Below, in pieces: positions 1 to 10,080 of a stretch of DNA of 24,000 nt. Below the pieces are notes generated by a model, which had not been told where the DNA came from, ran no database searches, and was given only the letters and a program-made list of their open reading frames with translations. Position 1 is the first letter of the stretch. Each line of letters opens with the position of its first letter. Both the position numbers and the translations under genes were made by a program. The DNA lies in assembly GCA_945861085.1 (NCBI GenBank), contig OX244046.1, positions 3,840,680 through 3,864,679 of the forward strand, read 5' to 3'. This DNA is from Clostridioides difficile. GTDB lineage: Bacteria; Bacillota; Clostridia; Peptostreptococcales; Peptostreptococcaceae.

Positions 1-1196
1 TTATCCGATTTACCTAATAAAGACTTATCCATTGAAAACATGATTACTTCCACATCAATATCATCTGAATCTTCATTCAGGTATTGCTTTACTCTCTCTC
101 TACATTTATTACTCAATATATTATATACTTGTCTATATTCACTATTATTTATTAACTCTACAGCTTCTTCAGCAGTTAGGCATTGATTTATTTTATTTAA
201 AAATTCATATGTAGCTCCCATTAAGGCTAAGTTTGCTACTAATATCTCGCTTCTAGCATCTGCTACCTTACTATGAGTATTAAAAATACCAGCAGATACT
301 TTTATGAATTTACCTATATGACCTGCCATTAAGATTTTCTTATATCCTATTCTTTGAGCTTCTTTAATCATATAACCTACAAAGTTGCTTGTCCTAACTA
401 CATACTTAATGTCCAAGTTTAGTTTTTCTCTTATAAACTGTTCTCCATGATTTCCTGGAACCAGTATTATTTTATCTAAACCCTGTTCTTTTTTCATTTG
501 AAGTTCTATAGACAAAGATTTTTTCCATCCCTCATCACTCATAGGTTCAACAATTCCAGTTGTGCCTATTATAGATATTCCTCCAACTATGCCTAATCTT
601 GGATTAAAGGTTTTTTTTGCTATGGTTTCTCCTTGTGGAGCAAAGATTGTTATTTTTAAAACTTTATTATTTCCAAGTATAGATTCAAAATTATCCCCTA
701 TGAGCTTTCTTATTTCATGATTTATCATCTTAAGTGGAGTCGGATTTATAGCAGGCTTACCAACATCTACACTGAGCCCTTTTTTCGTAACCACACCAAT
801 ACCAATTCCACCATAAACCCTAATAAACTTATAGAGTTCACTTTGACACTCACTATTGGTACTTAAACTATCTATATCCTTTAGAGTAAGATACTCTTTG
901 CTCTTATCATTTTTAGATACAATTTCAGCTCTTGCATAAATATCCATGGTATGAGTTGCATCTATATCATCTCCACCATCTTTTTTTATGGAACATTCGA
1001 CAAAGGTATCAGAAATATTTACATTATCAACTTTTAGTGATAATGGTATCCCTTTAGGAGTATCTATATTTATAGTATCAATTTTATTTTTTGTAATAAG
1101 CATATATACAGCAGCCTTAGATGCACCTGTAGCACATGAACCTGTAGTATATCCTCTTCTATATTTTTTACCATCTATATATACATATTCTTCCAT
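1..1196 (-). CDS. cbiD: cobalt-precorrin-5B (C1)-methyltransferase CbiD; 3' end cut by window edge
   Basis: Hand translation of the minus strand from ATG at 1196 gives MEEYVYIDGKKYRRGYTTGSCATGASKAAVYML...IIGTTGIVEPMS...SLLGKSD. It is open to base 1 with no stop, which is why it is missing from the ORF track. The GYTTGSCA..A.KAA N-terminal motif and GTTGIV.P are CbiD hallmarks. It lies 8 nt downstream of cbiC. Confidence 0.85.
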   Translation of the reverse strand, partial: MEEYVYIDGKKYRRGYTTGSCATGASKAAVYMLITKNKIDTINIDTPKGIPLSLKVDNVNISDTFVECSIKKDGGDDIDATHTMDIYARAEIVSKNDKSKEYLTLKDIDSLSTNSECQSELYKFIRVYGGIGIGVVTKKGLSVDVGKPAINPTPLKMINHEIRKLIGDNFESILGNNKVLKITIFAPQGETIAKKTFNPRLGIVGGISIIGTTGIVEPMSDEGWKKSLSIELQMKKEQGLDKIILVPGNHGEQFIREKLNLDIKYVVRTSNFVGYMIKEAQRIGYKKILMAGHIGKFIKVSAGIFNTHSKVADARSEILVANLALMGATYEFLNKINQCLTAEEAVELINNSEYRQVYNILSNKCRERVKQYLNEDSDDIDVEVIMFSMDKSLLGKSD

Positions 1197-1204
1197 ATAG
1201 ATAC

Positions 1205-1837
1205 CTACATAGTATATAATATAGCATTTACTATTGCTGCTGCTAAATTACTGCCACCTTTTCTACCTTTAGATATTATATATGGTATATCTGTTTTTTC
1301 AACTTCATCTTTTGATTCTTGCGCTCCTACAAAACCTACAGGAACTCCTATAACTGCATCTAAATCTAATCTACCTTCTGATTTCATCTCTATAACTTTA
1401 TATAAAGCTGTTGGTGCATTACCTAAAACGAATATTTTTCTTCCTTCTTCTTTAGCTGCAATTTCTACTGCTGCCATAGAACGAGTAATCCCTTTTTCTT
1501 TAGCTAATTTTGCAGTTTCATCATCTGCCACTAAACATTTATACTTACATCCTAATGATTCTAACTTTCTTTTATTTATACCACTAAGAGCCATATTTGT
1601 ATCAGTATAAATACTTGCATTATTTTTTAATGCATCTATTATACTATCAACTGCTTCTTCTGATATTTTTAATATATCTAAGTAATCAAAATCCGCAGTA
1701 GTATGTATAGCTCTCTTTATTATTTTTTCTTCGATATTATTCTTAAATTTATAATCTGGTCTAATTTCGTCTATTATTTCTTGTATCAATTCAAAACTTT
1801 TTTCTTCTATTTTCATAGGATTCTTTATGTATTCCAT
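1205..1837 (-). CDS. cbiC: cobalt-precorrin-8 methylmutase CbiC
   Basis: 210-aa ORF with the HTTADFDY, GNAPTAL and C-terminal GGS..AAAIVNA motifs typical of CbiC/CobH. It sits in the cob operon and overlaps the upstream gene by 13 nt, suggesting translational coupling. Confidence 0.9.
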   Translation of the reverse strand: MEYIKNPMKIEEKSFELIQEIIDEIRPDYKFKNNIEEKIIKRAIHTTADFDYLDILKISEEAVDSIIDALKNNASIYTDTNMALSGINKRKLESLGCKYKCLVADDETAKLAKEKGITRSMAAVEIAAKEEGRKIFVLGNAPTALYKVIEMKSEGRLDLDAVIGVPVGFVGAQESKDEVEKTDIPYIISKGRKGGSNLAAAIVNAILYTM

Positions 1838-2712
1838 TCTATTTCCCCCTTAATTCCTCCATTGATTATGTTTAGTGTATAAATTTTATTATATACAGAG
1901 TTTATGTTAGACTCATATAAAGCATCTATCACCTTTTTATCATCCATAAACTTATCAATCAAAATACCTACTACCGTTCCACTGTGAGCAATGTTTACTC
2001 CATATGCTCCATATTTTTTCGATATTTTTATTATTTCACTTAAGTACTCTTTTTTTTCTATATTCTCATTCGCTAAACTACTCAAGGTACAAGCCTCTCC
2101 AACTAAAGATAAATTATCATTTTTTAATCCTTCTTCTAAAAGAGCAAATGACTTTTTTATAATTTCTTTATTTTCTATTTTTAACTTATTGTAGTCTTGC
2201 CTCAACCTAATTTTCATAGTATCCAGTACCTTATTTGGTTCAAGTATTACAACTTTTGCATTGGTTAAATTTCCTAGATATTTTATAACAGTTCCATTTA
2301 GAGGATTAAATATACTGTTTTTATCTATAAATATAGAATCTGTTGGTTCTATTTCCGCTGCTAATTTAGAAATCTCTTCACTACTTAACTCTTTATTTAT
2401 CAATGATAATGTTGCCTTTATGGTAGCTCCTATATCAGCAGTTGAACTTGCCATACCTTTTCCAACAGGTATTTTACTATTTATATTTAAAGAAATATTT
2501 TTAGTATCTTTTTTAGGCAAATTAAATTTTTCAAATACTTTTTCAATTGCTAATCTTGACTTATATCTACCCAAATTTATGTCTCTTAATTTTTCTTCAA
2601 TGTAGACCTTAGAATACATATCTATTGCATATGAACATAGATATTCTTCATTATCAATTATCCCTTGTACAAATTCTCCACAAGATGCTGGGCATACTCC
2701 ATAAGATTTCAT
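1825..2712 (-). CDS. pduX: GHMP-family L-threonine kinase (PduX-type), supplies L-threonine-O-3-phosphate for the B12 aminopropanol linker
   Basis: CPASCGEFVQG, PVGKGMASSTADIGA (GHMP motif), EPTDS and YGVNIAHSGTVVGI closely parallel Salmonella PduX as I recall it. It lies immediately downstream of cobD. I prefer ATG at 2712 (MKSYGVCPASCGE, GGTGA 4 nt upstream) over the ORF-track GTG at 2721. Confidence 0.8.
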   Translation of the reverse strand: MKSYGVCPASCGEFVQGIIDNEEYLCSYAIDMYSKVYIEEKLRDINLGRYKSRLAIEKVFEKFNLPKKDTKNISLNINSKIPVGKGMASSTADIGATIKATLSLINKELSSEEISKLAAEIEPTDSIFIDKNSIFNPLNGTVIKYLGNLTNAKVVILEPNKVLDTMKIRLRQDYNKLKIENKEIIKKSFALLEEGLKNDNLSLVGEACTLSSLANENIEKKEYLSEIIKISKKYGAYGVNIAHSGTVVGILIDKFMDDKKVIDALYESNINSVYNKIYTLNIINGGIKGEIEWNT

Positions 2713-2713
2713 T

Positions 2714-3778
2714 TTAATCACCCAATAAATTTTTCATATTTTCTATAAGAATTTTATTATCTTCATGAGATTTTATAGCCACTCTTATAAAGCTATCATC
2801 TAATCCTATAAAGTTAGATGCATCTCTAACTAATATGTTTCCTTCCTTAAACAAATCTTTTTTTAATTCTCTAGCTGCTTTTTTATATACTCTTATTAGA
2901 ATAAAATTAGCATCTGTATCATAGACCTTTATATTTCTTATGTTTCTCAACTCTTGTAACATATATTTTCTTTCTTTTATGTAATACTCTTTACTATTTC
3001 TAATATACTCTTTATCTTTAAAAATAAAATTGGATAGTATGTCTGCAAAAGAATTTATAGTCCACGGTTCTTTGTATTCATAAATTTTGTCCATAATGTT
3101 GGTGTTACTTGTAAGACCATATCCTAACCTTAAACCAGGCATACCAAAAAACTTAGTCACAGCTTTAATTATAAATATATTTTTATTTGATTCTATGTAC
3201 TTAACCAAACTATATTCACTTTCATCTTCAACAAATTCCATGAAAGTTTCATCAATTATTAACACCTTATTATGTTGACCTAATAAATCAACAAGTTCCT
3301 TTAAATCTTGGACATTGCCACTAGGATTATTAGGATTACATATAAATAAGCTATCAAATTTTTCAATGTTTTTTTTAATTATATCTATATCAAGTTGAAA
3401 ATTATTATCTAAATCTAAATCTATAATATCTAGATTATTTAACTCAGCACTTCTTCTATACTCTGAAAAGGTCGGATTTATTATAGCTAATCTTTTTTTA
3501 ATACTCTTCATAAGCAAATAAATCACTTCTGTTGCACCATTTCCAGGTATTATAAAGTTTGGATTTATATCTATATATTTTGATATATTTTCTCTCAAGT
3601 TTGTATAATTTATATCTGGATAATTCCTGCACTCTTCTAATCCTCTTAAAATGTATCTTTCTAAATTTGGTAATACATTTGGATTTATATTTGAACTAAA
3701 ATCAATTATTTCTTTTGGGTCTTTCCCATATAATCTTGCCATTTCATCTACATTGGCACCATGCCCTAAATCCTTCAT
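2714..3778 (-). CDS. cobD: L-threonine-phosphate decarboxylase CobD (class I/II aminotransferase fold)
   Basis: 354-aa ORF with an N-terminal HGAN..E.A..YG...IIDFSSNINP signature and a class-I/II aminotransferase-like body. It sits between cbiB and pduX in the cob operon. Confidence 0.85.
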   Translation of the reverse strand: MKDLGHGANVDEMARLYGKDPKEIIDFSSNINPNVLPNLERYILRGLEECRNYPDINYTNLRENISKYIDINPNFIIPGNGATEVIYLLMKSIKKRLAIINPTFSEYRRSAELNNLDIIDLDLDNNFQLDIDIIKKNIEKFDSLFICNPNNPSGNVQDLKELVDLLGQHNKVLIIDETFMEFVEDESEYSLVKYIESNKNIFIIKAVTKFFGMPGLRLGYGLTSNTNIMDKIYEYKEPWTINSFADILSNFIFKDKEYIRNSKEYYIKERKYMLQELRNIRNIKVYDTDANFILIRVYKKAARELKKDLFKEGNILVRDASNFIGLDDSFIRVAIKSHEDNKILIENMKNLLGD

Positions 3779-3809
3779 CTATGTCCCCCTTAAGTTAGCA
3801 AACAATAAT

Positions 3810-4781
3810 TTATATAATTAGGTTAATTAAAATCATCCTACATAACACATATACTAGTGTAAATACCAACATAGATACAAATGAAGATGCATACATAATT
3901 TTATTAGTTTTAATTATATCCTCTTTATCTATATCCCTAAGCTTATCCCCTATTGTTGGTTTATACACTTTTTCCCCAAAATAAACATTGGTACCTCCTA
4001 GTTGTATTCCTAGAGCGCCAGATACAGCCCCTTCTGAAAAAGCACAATTTGGACTTTTATGATTCTTTCTATCTCTAATAGAAATCCTAAAACAATTCCT
4101 ATAGTCATAACTTAAAAAGAAACTTCCAATCGTCATAAGAATAACAGATATTCTAGCTGGTATATAATTGGCTATATCATCAATCTTAGCAGAAGCAAAA
4201 CCAATATCTTTATATTTTTTATTTTTATATCCAACTGTTGAATCCAATGTATTTATAGCTTTATATGCCATAGCAAGTGGTGCTCCTCCAATAAAGGCAT
4301 AAAACATAGGCGCAATTATACCATCTACAGTATTTTCCGCAACAGTTTCTACAGTTGCTCTTATTATCTCAGACTCACTTAAACTGGTGGTATCTCTCCC
4401 TACTATATAAGATAGCTGAATTCTAGACTTTTTTATATCTTCAGTTTTTAATACATTATAGATTTTTAATGCTTCATCTTTTAAACATTTTGTGGCTAGT
4501 GTTGTATAAATTATAAAACTATTTATTACAATACTCAATAATATATTAAAACTAAATAGCTTCACTATAGCATAAGTTATTAAATATGTTATTCCAACAG
4601 TTATAAACCATAATATAAATCCACCAAATTTTAACTGTCTATCATTTTTAGATACCTTCCTTACTATACCTTGAGTAAAATTTATAAGTTTACCAATAAA
4701 TCTCACTGGATGAGGAAAAGAATATGGGTCTCCTACAATTAAGTCTGTTACATATCCTATATAAATAGATAAAATATTCAT
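3810..4781 (-). CDS. cbiB: adenosylcobinamide-phosphate synthase CbiB (membrane protein)
   Basis: 323-aa polytopic hydrophobic ORF with PHPVR.IG near the N-terminus and SPN(C)A..EGA.AGALG..LGG, typical of CbiB/CobD. Its start abuts the cbiA stop. Confidence 0.88.
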   Translation of the reverse strand: MNILSIYIGYVTDLIVGDPYSFPHPVRFIGKLINFTQGIVRKVSKNDRQLKFGGFILWFITVGITYLITYAIVKLFSFNILLSIVINSFIIYTTLATKCLKDEALKIYNVLKTEDIKKSRIQLSYIVGRDTTSLSESEIIRATVETVAENTVDGIIAPMFYAFIGGAPLAMAYKAINTLDSTVGYKNKKYKDIGFASAKIDDIANYIPARISVILMTIGSFFLSYDYRNCFRISIRDRKNHKSPNCAFSEGAVSGALGIQLGGTNVYFGEKVYKPTIGDKLRDIDKEDIIKTNKIMYASSFVSMLVFTLVYVLCRMILINLII

Positions 4782-6158
4782 TTACTCATTTCCTTTACTC
4801 AAAAAATTTTCTATACAGCTTAAGTTATTATAAAAATGAGTATGAAGATATGTAGCTAGAGTGTTTCCTTTACTATAACCACCATCCCACTCTTCTACTA
4901 TATTTCCATCCCTTTCTTTTTTCATTGAATATACACATTTTTCATCACTTTCAAATATTGAATGATGAAACTCATGTCCTTTAATAGATTCCCCTTTTTT
5001 AGATAAAAGAGTATTTTCCTTGGCTACACCAATACAGTACCCAAATCTCTTTAAGGAAGATGTCATCCTGCTAATTCCACTGAATATACCAACCATATTA
5101 AATTCTTCTTCTTCTTGATTCAATAGTTTCTCACCTAGATACATCAGCCCTCCACATTCTGCATAAATAGGTATGTTATTATTATGTGCTTCTAATATAG
5201 AAGTTCTCATTGATTCATTTGCTTCTAGCTCTTTTCCAAATATCTCTGGAAAACCTCCTCCAATATAAATATAATCTGAATTTGGTACTGATGTATCTTC
5301 AAGAGGACTAAAGTAGTTTATTTCTAACCCAAGTTCTTCTAATAGCTCTATATTTTCTCTATAATAAAAATTGAATGCTTTATCATATGCTATAGCTATT
5401 GATTTATTATTAATGTGTTCTTTTATTTTATTATTTTCTATCAAAGTTTGAAAATCAAAATCACTCTTAAATTCGTCACTTTCTGATATTTCAATTATTC
5501 TATCAATATCTATATAGTTTTCAATTTCATCTGCTAGAGTGTAAAATTTTTCTCTTAATGATTTCATTTCCACACTAGGAACTAATCCTAAATGTCTAGA
5601 TTCTAAAGAGAATTTATTATTTGGAGGAAAGTACCCCAACACTTCAACATTACAATACTTTTCTATAGAACTCTTGATTATTTGATAATGGCTACTAGTC
5701 TTTACATTGTTTACTATGACACCTTTTATATTTACATCTTTATCTAGTTCCTTATATCCAAGTACCATAGCAGCACTAGATGCTGCCATAGATTTTCCAT
5801 TTATAACTAATATAACAGGTGATTTTAGTACCTTTGAAGTATGTGAACTTGTACAATTATCTAAATCTATTCCAAATCCATCATATAACCCCATAACACC
5901 TTCTATTACTGAAATATCTGCGTCCTTTGAGGACTTATTTACTATATACTTTATTTTTTCATCATCTAACATATAAGAATCTAAATTTCTGGAATGTCTT
6001 CCAGTTATAAAAGTGTGATATGAAGGGTCTATATAGTCTGGCCCTACTTTATATGGCTGTACTTTCATATTTCTCTTAACCAAAGCTTGCATTATTCCTA
6101 ATGATATTGTTGTTTTACCTACTCCACTACTAGTACCCGCAATTAAAATTTTTTTCAT
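4782..6158 (-). CDS. cbiA: cobyrinate a,c-diamide synthase CbiA
   Basis: 458-aa ORF with an N-terminal GTSSGVGKT P-loop (CobQ/CobB/MinD/ParA-type), a KVGPDYIDP motif and a C-terminal GATase-like domain with the AECGGLMYLG nucleophile motif. Confidence 0.9.
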   Translation of the reverse strand: MKKILIAGTSSGVGKTTISLGIMQALVKRNMKVQPYKVGPDYIDPSYHTFITGRHSRNLDSYMLDDEKIKYIVNKSSKDADISVIEGVMGLYDGFGIDLDNCTSSHTSKVLKSPVILVINGKSMAASSAAMVLGYKELDKDVNIKGVIVNNVKTSSHYQIIKSSIEKYCNVEVLGYFPPNNKFSLESRHLGLVPSVEMKSLREKFYTLADEIENYIDIDRIIEISESDEFKSDFDFQTLIENNKIKEHINNKSIAIAYDKAFNFYYRENIELLEELGLEINYFSPLEDTSVPNSDYIYIGGGFPEIFGKELEANESMRTSILEAHNNNIPIYAECGGLMYLGEKLLNQEEEEFNMVGIFSGISRMTSSLKRFGYCIGVAKENTLLSKKGESIKGHEFHHSIFESDEKCVYSMKKERDGNIVEEWDGGYSKGNTLATYLHTHFYNNLSCIENFLSKGNE

Positions 6159-6196
6159 AATACACCTCCTACCTAAATTATAAATAAAAGTTACCC

Positions 6197-7711
6197 TTAT
6201 TTCATAATCTCATATATTTTTTCTATATCTAAATGTTCTCTTAAAAAATCAGCTAACTTATCATACTCTTTATCCTTAAATTCATTAAAAGAGTTTACTT
6301 TACTTTCTAATTCTTCTAAGCCTTTTTTCTTTCTTATATTGTTTAAAATTGCTCTTGTAAAACTTATTTCATCAAATATTCCATGAAGATAAGTCCCAAT
6401 TACATTCCCTTCTTTATTTACACTTCCTTCAGTATAATTAACCTCTTTATCCAGTTTTTTGGTTATCAAATCTAAGCTTCTTACATCATTACCTCGATTT
6501 GTAATACCCATATGAATTTCATAACCTTTTACTTTCTTACCTTTGAGGTCATTCATATATTCACTAATACATTCAATAATAGTAGCCTCTACCTGTGTTG
6601 TAGTCTTTTCTTTCTCAAATATTGTTTCTGTATCTAAAAGACCCATTCCATCAACTTCTTCAATTTCACTTTCAACATGATAAGGGTCTTTTAATTTTTT
6701 ACCTAACATTTGATATCCACCACATATACCAAATATCAATTTACCTTGACTATGTAAATTTTTAATTTGTGACTCAAGACCACTTTTTCTTATATATGTT
6801 AAATCGTCTATAGTACTTTTAGTTCCAGGTATTATTACCATGTCTGGATTTCCCAAAGATTCTCCATAGTCTACATATCTAATACTTACATCTTCCTGTG
6901 TTTCAAATATATTAAAATCTGTAAAATTTGACATATGCGGAGTTCTAATTATTTCTATGTGTATATCACTTTTATCCATTTTTTTCTTAAATCTAGTGGT
7001 TACGCTGTCTTCATCTTCTATTTTTATATCTGTATAAGGAACTACTCCTATGACAGGTACTTTTATGATGTCTTCTAACATCTTTACACCATCTTGTAAA
7101 AGTTCTTTTTTCCCTCTGAATTTATTGATTATTACACCTTTTACTCTTTTTTTCTCGTCTTCATTTAATAGAAGCATTGTCCCAGCTAATGATGCAAATA
7201 CTCCACCTCTATCAATATCTCCAACTATTATTACAGGTGCATCAGCTATTTCTGCCATACCCATATTAGATATATCTCTATCTTTTAAATTTATTTCTGC
7301 ATTACTTCCTGCACCTTCCATAACCACAATATCATATCTTGAATTCAAGCTGTTAAAGGTTTCCCTTAATACATCTACTAACTCCAATTTATAGTCATGA
7401 TACTTAGAAGAAGGCATTTCTCCCACAACTTTACCTCTTACAATAACTTGACTTTTATTATTTCCAGAAGGCTTTAATAAAACTGGATTCATATCAGCTA
7501 TTGGCTCTATTTTTGCGGCCTCTGCTTGAAATACTTGCGCTCTTCCCATTTCTAACCCTTCTTTAGTTATAAAAGAATTTAAAGCCATATTTTGTGACTT
7601 AAAAGGAGCAACAGTATAACCATCTTGCTTAAATATTCTACATAATCCTGCTACTAATACACTTTTACCTACATTTGAAGCTGTTCCTTGTAGCATTATT
7701 TTTTTCCCCAC
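6197..7711 (-). CDS. cobQ: cobyric acid synthase CobQ/CbiP
   Basis: 504-aa ORF with [34 protein letters not shown] and the GATase [10 protein letters not shown] motif. It has a GTG start at 7711 with AAGGAGG 8 nt upstream and is the first gene after the B12 riboswitch. Confidence 0.9.
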   Translation of the reverse strand: MGKKIMLQGTASNVGKSVLVAGLCRIFKQDGYTVAPFKSQNMALNSFITKEGLEMGRAQVFQAEAAKIEPIADMNPVLLKPSGNNKSQVIVRGKVVGEMPSSKYHDYKLELVDVLRETFNSLNSRYDIVVMEGAGSNAEINLKDRDISNMGMAEIADAPVIIVGDIDRGGVFASLAGTMLLLNEDEKKRVKGVIINKFRGKKELLQDGVKMLEDIIKVPVIGVVPYTDIKIEDEDSVTTRFKKKMDKSDIHIEIIRTPHMSNFTDFNIFETQEDVSIRYVDYGESLGNPDMVIIPGTKSTIDDLTYIRKSGLESQIKNLHSQGKLIFGICGGYQMLGKKLKDPYHVESEIEEVDGMGLLDTETIFEKEKTTTQVEATIIECISEYMNDLKGKKVKGYEIHMGITNRGNDVRSLDLITKKLDKEVNYTEGSVNKEGNVIGTYLHGIFDEISFTRAILNNIRKKKGLEELESKVNSFNEFKDKEYDKLADFLREHLDIEKIYEIMK

Positions 7712-7751
7712 TTTCCATCCCTCCTTGTTAAAATTTACTAAAAAACAAATT

Positions 7752-7787
7752 AAAAAAAGTCCTAATACTTCTAAAGATAGGACTTTT
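7752..7787 (-). terminator. intrinsic terminator forming the expression platform of the cobalamin riboswitch
   Basis: The minus strand reads AAAAGTCCTA-tctttagaagtat-TAGGACTTTT followed by further T (a perfect 10-bp stem, then a T-run). It lies between the aptamer and the cobQ RBS. Confidence 0.75.
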
Positions 7788-7843
7788 ATATATATTAATT
7801 AAAAATCTTTCACCCCGAAGACCTCTTGTTTTAAATTAAATTA

Positions 7844-7975
7844 GGCAGGTATCCTGGCTTAACTTCATCCTACTTCTATAACCTTCCCATCAAATTGACA
7901 GTGGTATTTATAGTTTCGTTGGTTTCACAGTAGCGGGGGCTGCAAAGGCATCTAACCTTTTTCCCTTTTAACATC
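7844..7975 (-). promoter_or_regulatory. cobalamin (B12) riboswitch aptamer
   Basis: The minus strand reads AAAAGGGAAAAAGGTTAGATGCCTTTGCAGCCCCCGCTACTGTGAAACC...ATACCACTGTCAATTTGATGGGAAGG...AAGCCAGGATACCTGCC. The GGGAA..GGT, GCCCCCGC.ACTGT, CCACTG..GGGAAGG elements and the B12 box AGCCAGGATACCTGCC match the conserved cobalamin riboswitch core. This is the only GC-rich patch of the intergenic region and lies in the 5' leader of cobQ. Confidence 0.9.
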
Positions 7976-8071
7976 TAATTAAGAACCTAATTTTAATCTA
8001 ATATTCTATTTTCATTGTTAATTTTACAGATATATTACAAGCACATATTGTAATATTTAGTTTTGATTAAA

Positions 8072-8686
8072 TTATATAAAGTCTGTAAAATTCATTTTAT
8101 CTATTACAGCAAATCCACTATCAACTTCTAAAACTGTAATAGATGCATTATCAATTTTAAAGTTCCAGTGATATTTATAACTACCAGAAATCAAGTGTGT
8201 TATTATATTTCTTATTGTTCCTGCATGAGAACATACAAGTATTGTTTTTGTATCTGAATTACTATCATTTTCTAAAATTATATTATCAATTTCTTTTGCC
8301 ACTCTTTCATAAGAGTCTACCAAACTTTCTCCATTTGGATATCTATAGTTGCTACCTTCTTCTATCATTTTTTCAAACTCACTTGGATATTTGATTTTAA
8401 TATCTTCAAAAGTTATTCCTTCAAAGTCTCCAAAACTAATTTCTCTTAGAGCTTCTTTTTCTTCTATTTCTAATAATTTCAATTTTGATATTTTTTTTAT
8501 TGTATCTTTAGTACGTGTAGATGGTGTTGTATAAATCTTGTCTATTTTTTCATGACTTAAATATCTAGTAATTTTATTTATTTGCAGTTCACCCTCTTCA
8601 CTAATACAACTATTTATATGACCTGACAATTTTCCTTTTTTATTATCATCTGTCAGTGCATGTCTTATTAATATTAATCTTATCAT
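8072..8686 (-). CDS. cobC: alpha-ribazole-5'-phosphate phosphatase CobC (histidine phosphatase family)
   Basis: 204-aa ORF with N-terminal LILIRHALTDDN (RHG-type phosphohistidine motif, with A in place of G) and a second catalytic His in VCSHAGTIR. It lies directly after cobS. Confidence 0.8.
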   Translation of the reverse strand: MIRLILIRHALTDDNKKGKLSGHINSCISEEGELQINKITRYLSHEKIDKIYTTPSTRTKDTIKKISKLKLLEIEEKEALREISFGDFEGITFEDIKIKYPSEFEKMIEEGSNYRYPNGESLVDSYERVAKEIDNIILENDSNSDTKTILVCSHAGTIRNIITHLISGSYKYHWNFKIDNASITVLEVDSGFAVIDKMNFTDFI

Positions 8687-8705
8687 ATTATCACCACTTT
8701 TTAGT

Positions 8706-9485
8706 TTAAAAAAACATAAAAATTAACAAATATATGTAAATCAAATATACAAGCTCTGAAAGTTCTATCCCACAGCCTAATATATCTCCTGTTACTCCAT
8801 CAATTTTTGCATAAATATGCTTTTTAAATAATATTATAAATATAAAAACTACTATAACTGAACCTAATACCTTAATCAACACTATATTAGGTAATAAGAA
8901 TATAAATTTAGTAATAAGACCAACTATTAATAATGTGTATATTATAGCTGTTATTAACATACTTGTAGTCAATTTTCCTATAAATAAATTTCCCATTCCT
9001 TTTTCTCTTGGAGTCACAGTTTTATATGTCAATAACATTACTCCTAGCCTTGCAATCATTGGCATAAAAATTATAACCCATAATGAATTATTACTTATTA
9101 TATTGTATATGAATCCAACTTTTAATAAAAGTACAAACATAATTGCTAAAAGTGAATTTGTACCCAATCTTGAATCTTTCATTATTTCAAGCATTTTTTC
9201 TTTATCTCTATAACTGTATATTGCATCAAATGTATCTCCTAATCCATCTATATGAAGTCCTCCTGTAATTAAGACACCAGCTAGAGTTATTATTATAGAA
9301 GCTATAAATGGTTCAAATAAAAGTATAGAAATCCATCCTACTAAATAGGTTAATATACCTATGACAAAACCTACAAGTGGAAAATATACTATTGATTTAT
9401 AAAATTCATTATCAAATCCTACATTTAATTTTATAGGTATCCTTGTCAAAAACTGTAGTATTAAAATAAATCTTTCCATAGTCAC
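8706..9485 (-). CDS. cobS: adenosylcobinamide-GDP ribazoletransferase (cobalamin synthase) CobS
   Basis: 259-aa polytopic membrane ORF with FLTRIP near the N-terminus and TGGLHIDGLGDT.D, typical of CobS. GTG start with AAGGAG 6 nt upstream; an ATG two codons downstream is an alternative. Confidence 0.88.
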   Translation of the reverse strand: MTMERFILILQFLTRIPIKLNVGFDNEFYKSIVYFPLVGFVIGILTYLVGWISILLFEPFIASIIITLAGVLITGGLHIDGLGDTFDAIYSYRDKEKMLEIMKDSRLGTNSLLAIMFVLLLKVGFIYNIISNNSLWVIIFMPMIARLGVMLLTYKTVTPREKGMGNLFIGKLTTSMLITAIIYTLLIVGLITKFIFLLPNIVLIKVLGSVIVVFIFIILFKKHIYAKIDGVTGDILGCGIELSELVYLIYIYLLIFMFF

Positions 9486-9488
9486 ATA

Positions 9489-10049
9489 CTACTCCTTTAT
9501 TTTCATGGGTATGCCACTAACTACAAAATAAACTTCATTACTTTTTGATGCTATATATTGATTTATACGACCTACAATGTCAGCATATATCCTACTAAGT
9601 TTATTCCCAGGAACAATTCCCATACCTAATTCATTCGTCACAAATACAAAGTATAGATTTGTTTTTTCTATTTCTTCAATAAGTTTACTAATTTGTTCTT
9701 TTATGTACTCTTCTAATTTATTTATTTCTTCTTGAGTAGAGTCTTCTATATTTGGATTGTGTTTAAACATTAGATTATTTACTAATAATGTTACACAATC
9801 CAGTATAACAGTTTCATGTTCTTTGTATATCTCTTCAATTATGGAATATATATCTTCATATATTTCATATGTATTCCAGTTTCTAGGTCTATTCTCTTGA
9901 TGCTTTTTTACTCTATCTTTCATTTCATCATCAAATGGAATAGAAGTAGCTATATAAGCTGTATTATTATGCTTGTCCAAACATAGTTTTTCTGCAAAGT
10001 TACTCTTTCCTGACCTAGCTCCTCCTGTTACTAGAATAATTTTACTCAT
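9489..10049 (-). CDS. cobU: bifunctional adenosylcobinamide kinase / adenosylcobinamide-phosphate guanylyltransferase CobU
   Basis: ILVTGGARSGKS P-loop at the N-terminus and a C-terminal VTNE.G.GIVP motif. I place the start at ATG 10049 (MSKIILVTGG, AGGAG 8 nt upstream). The ORF-track start at 10106 would overlap cobT by 26 nt and adds 19 non-conserved residues. Confidence 0.85.
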   Translation of the reverse strand: MSKIILVTGGARSGKSNFAEKLCLDKHNNTAYIATSIPFDDEMKDRVKKHQENRPRNWNTYEIYEDIYSIIEEIYKEHETVILDCVTLLVNNLMFKHNPNIEDSTQEEINKLEEYIKEQISKLIEEIEKTNLYFVFVTNELGMGIVPGNKLSRIYADIVGRINQYIASKSNEVYFVVSGIPMKIKE

Positions 10050-10080
10050 CAAAACACTCCTACATATTAAATTTTTATAT

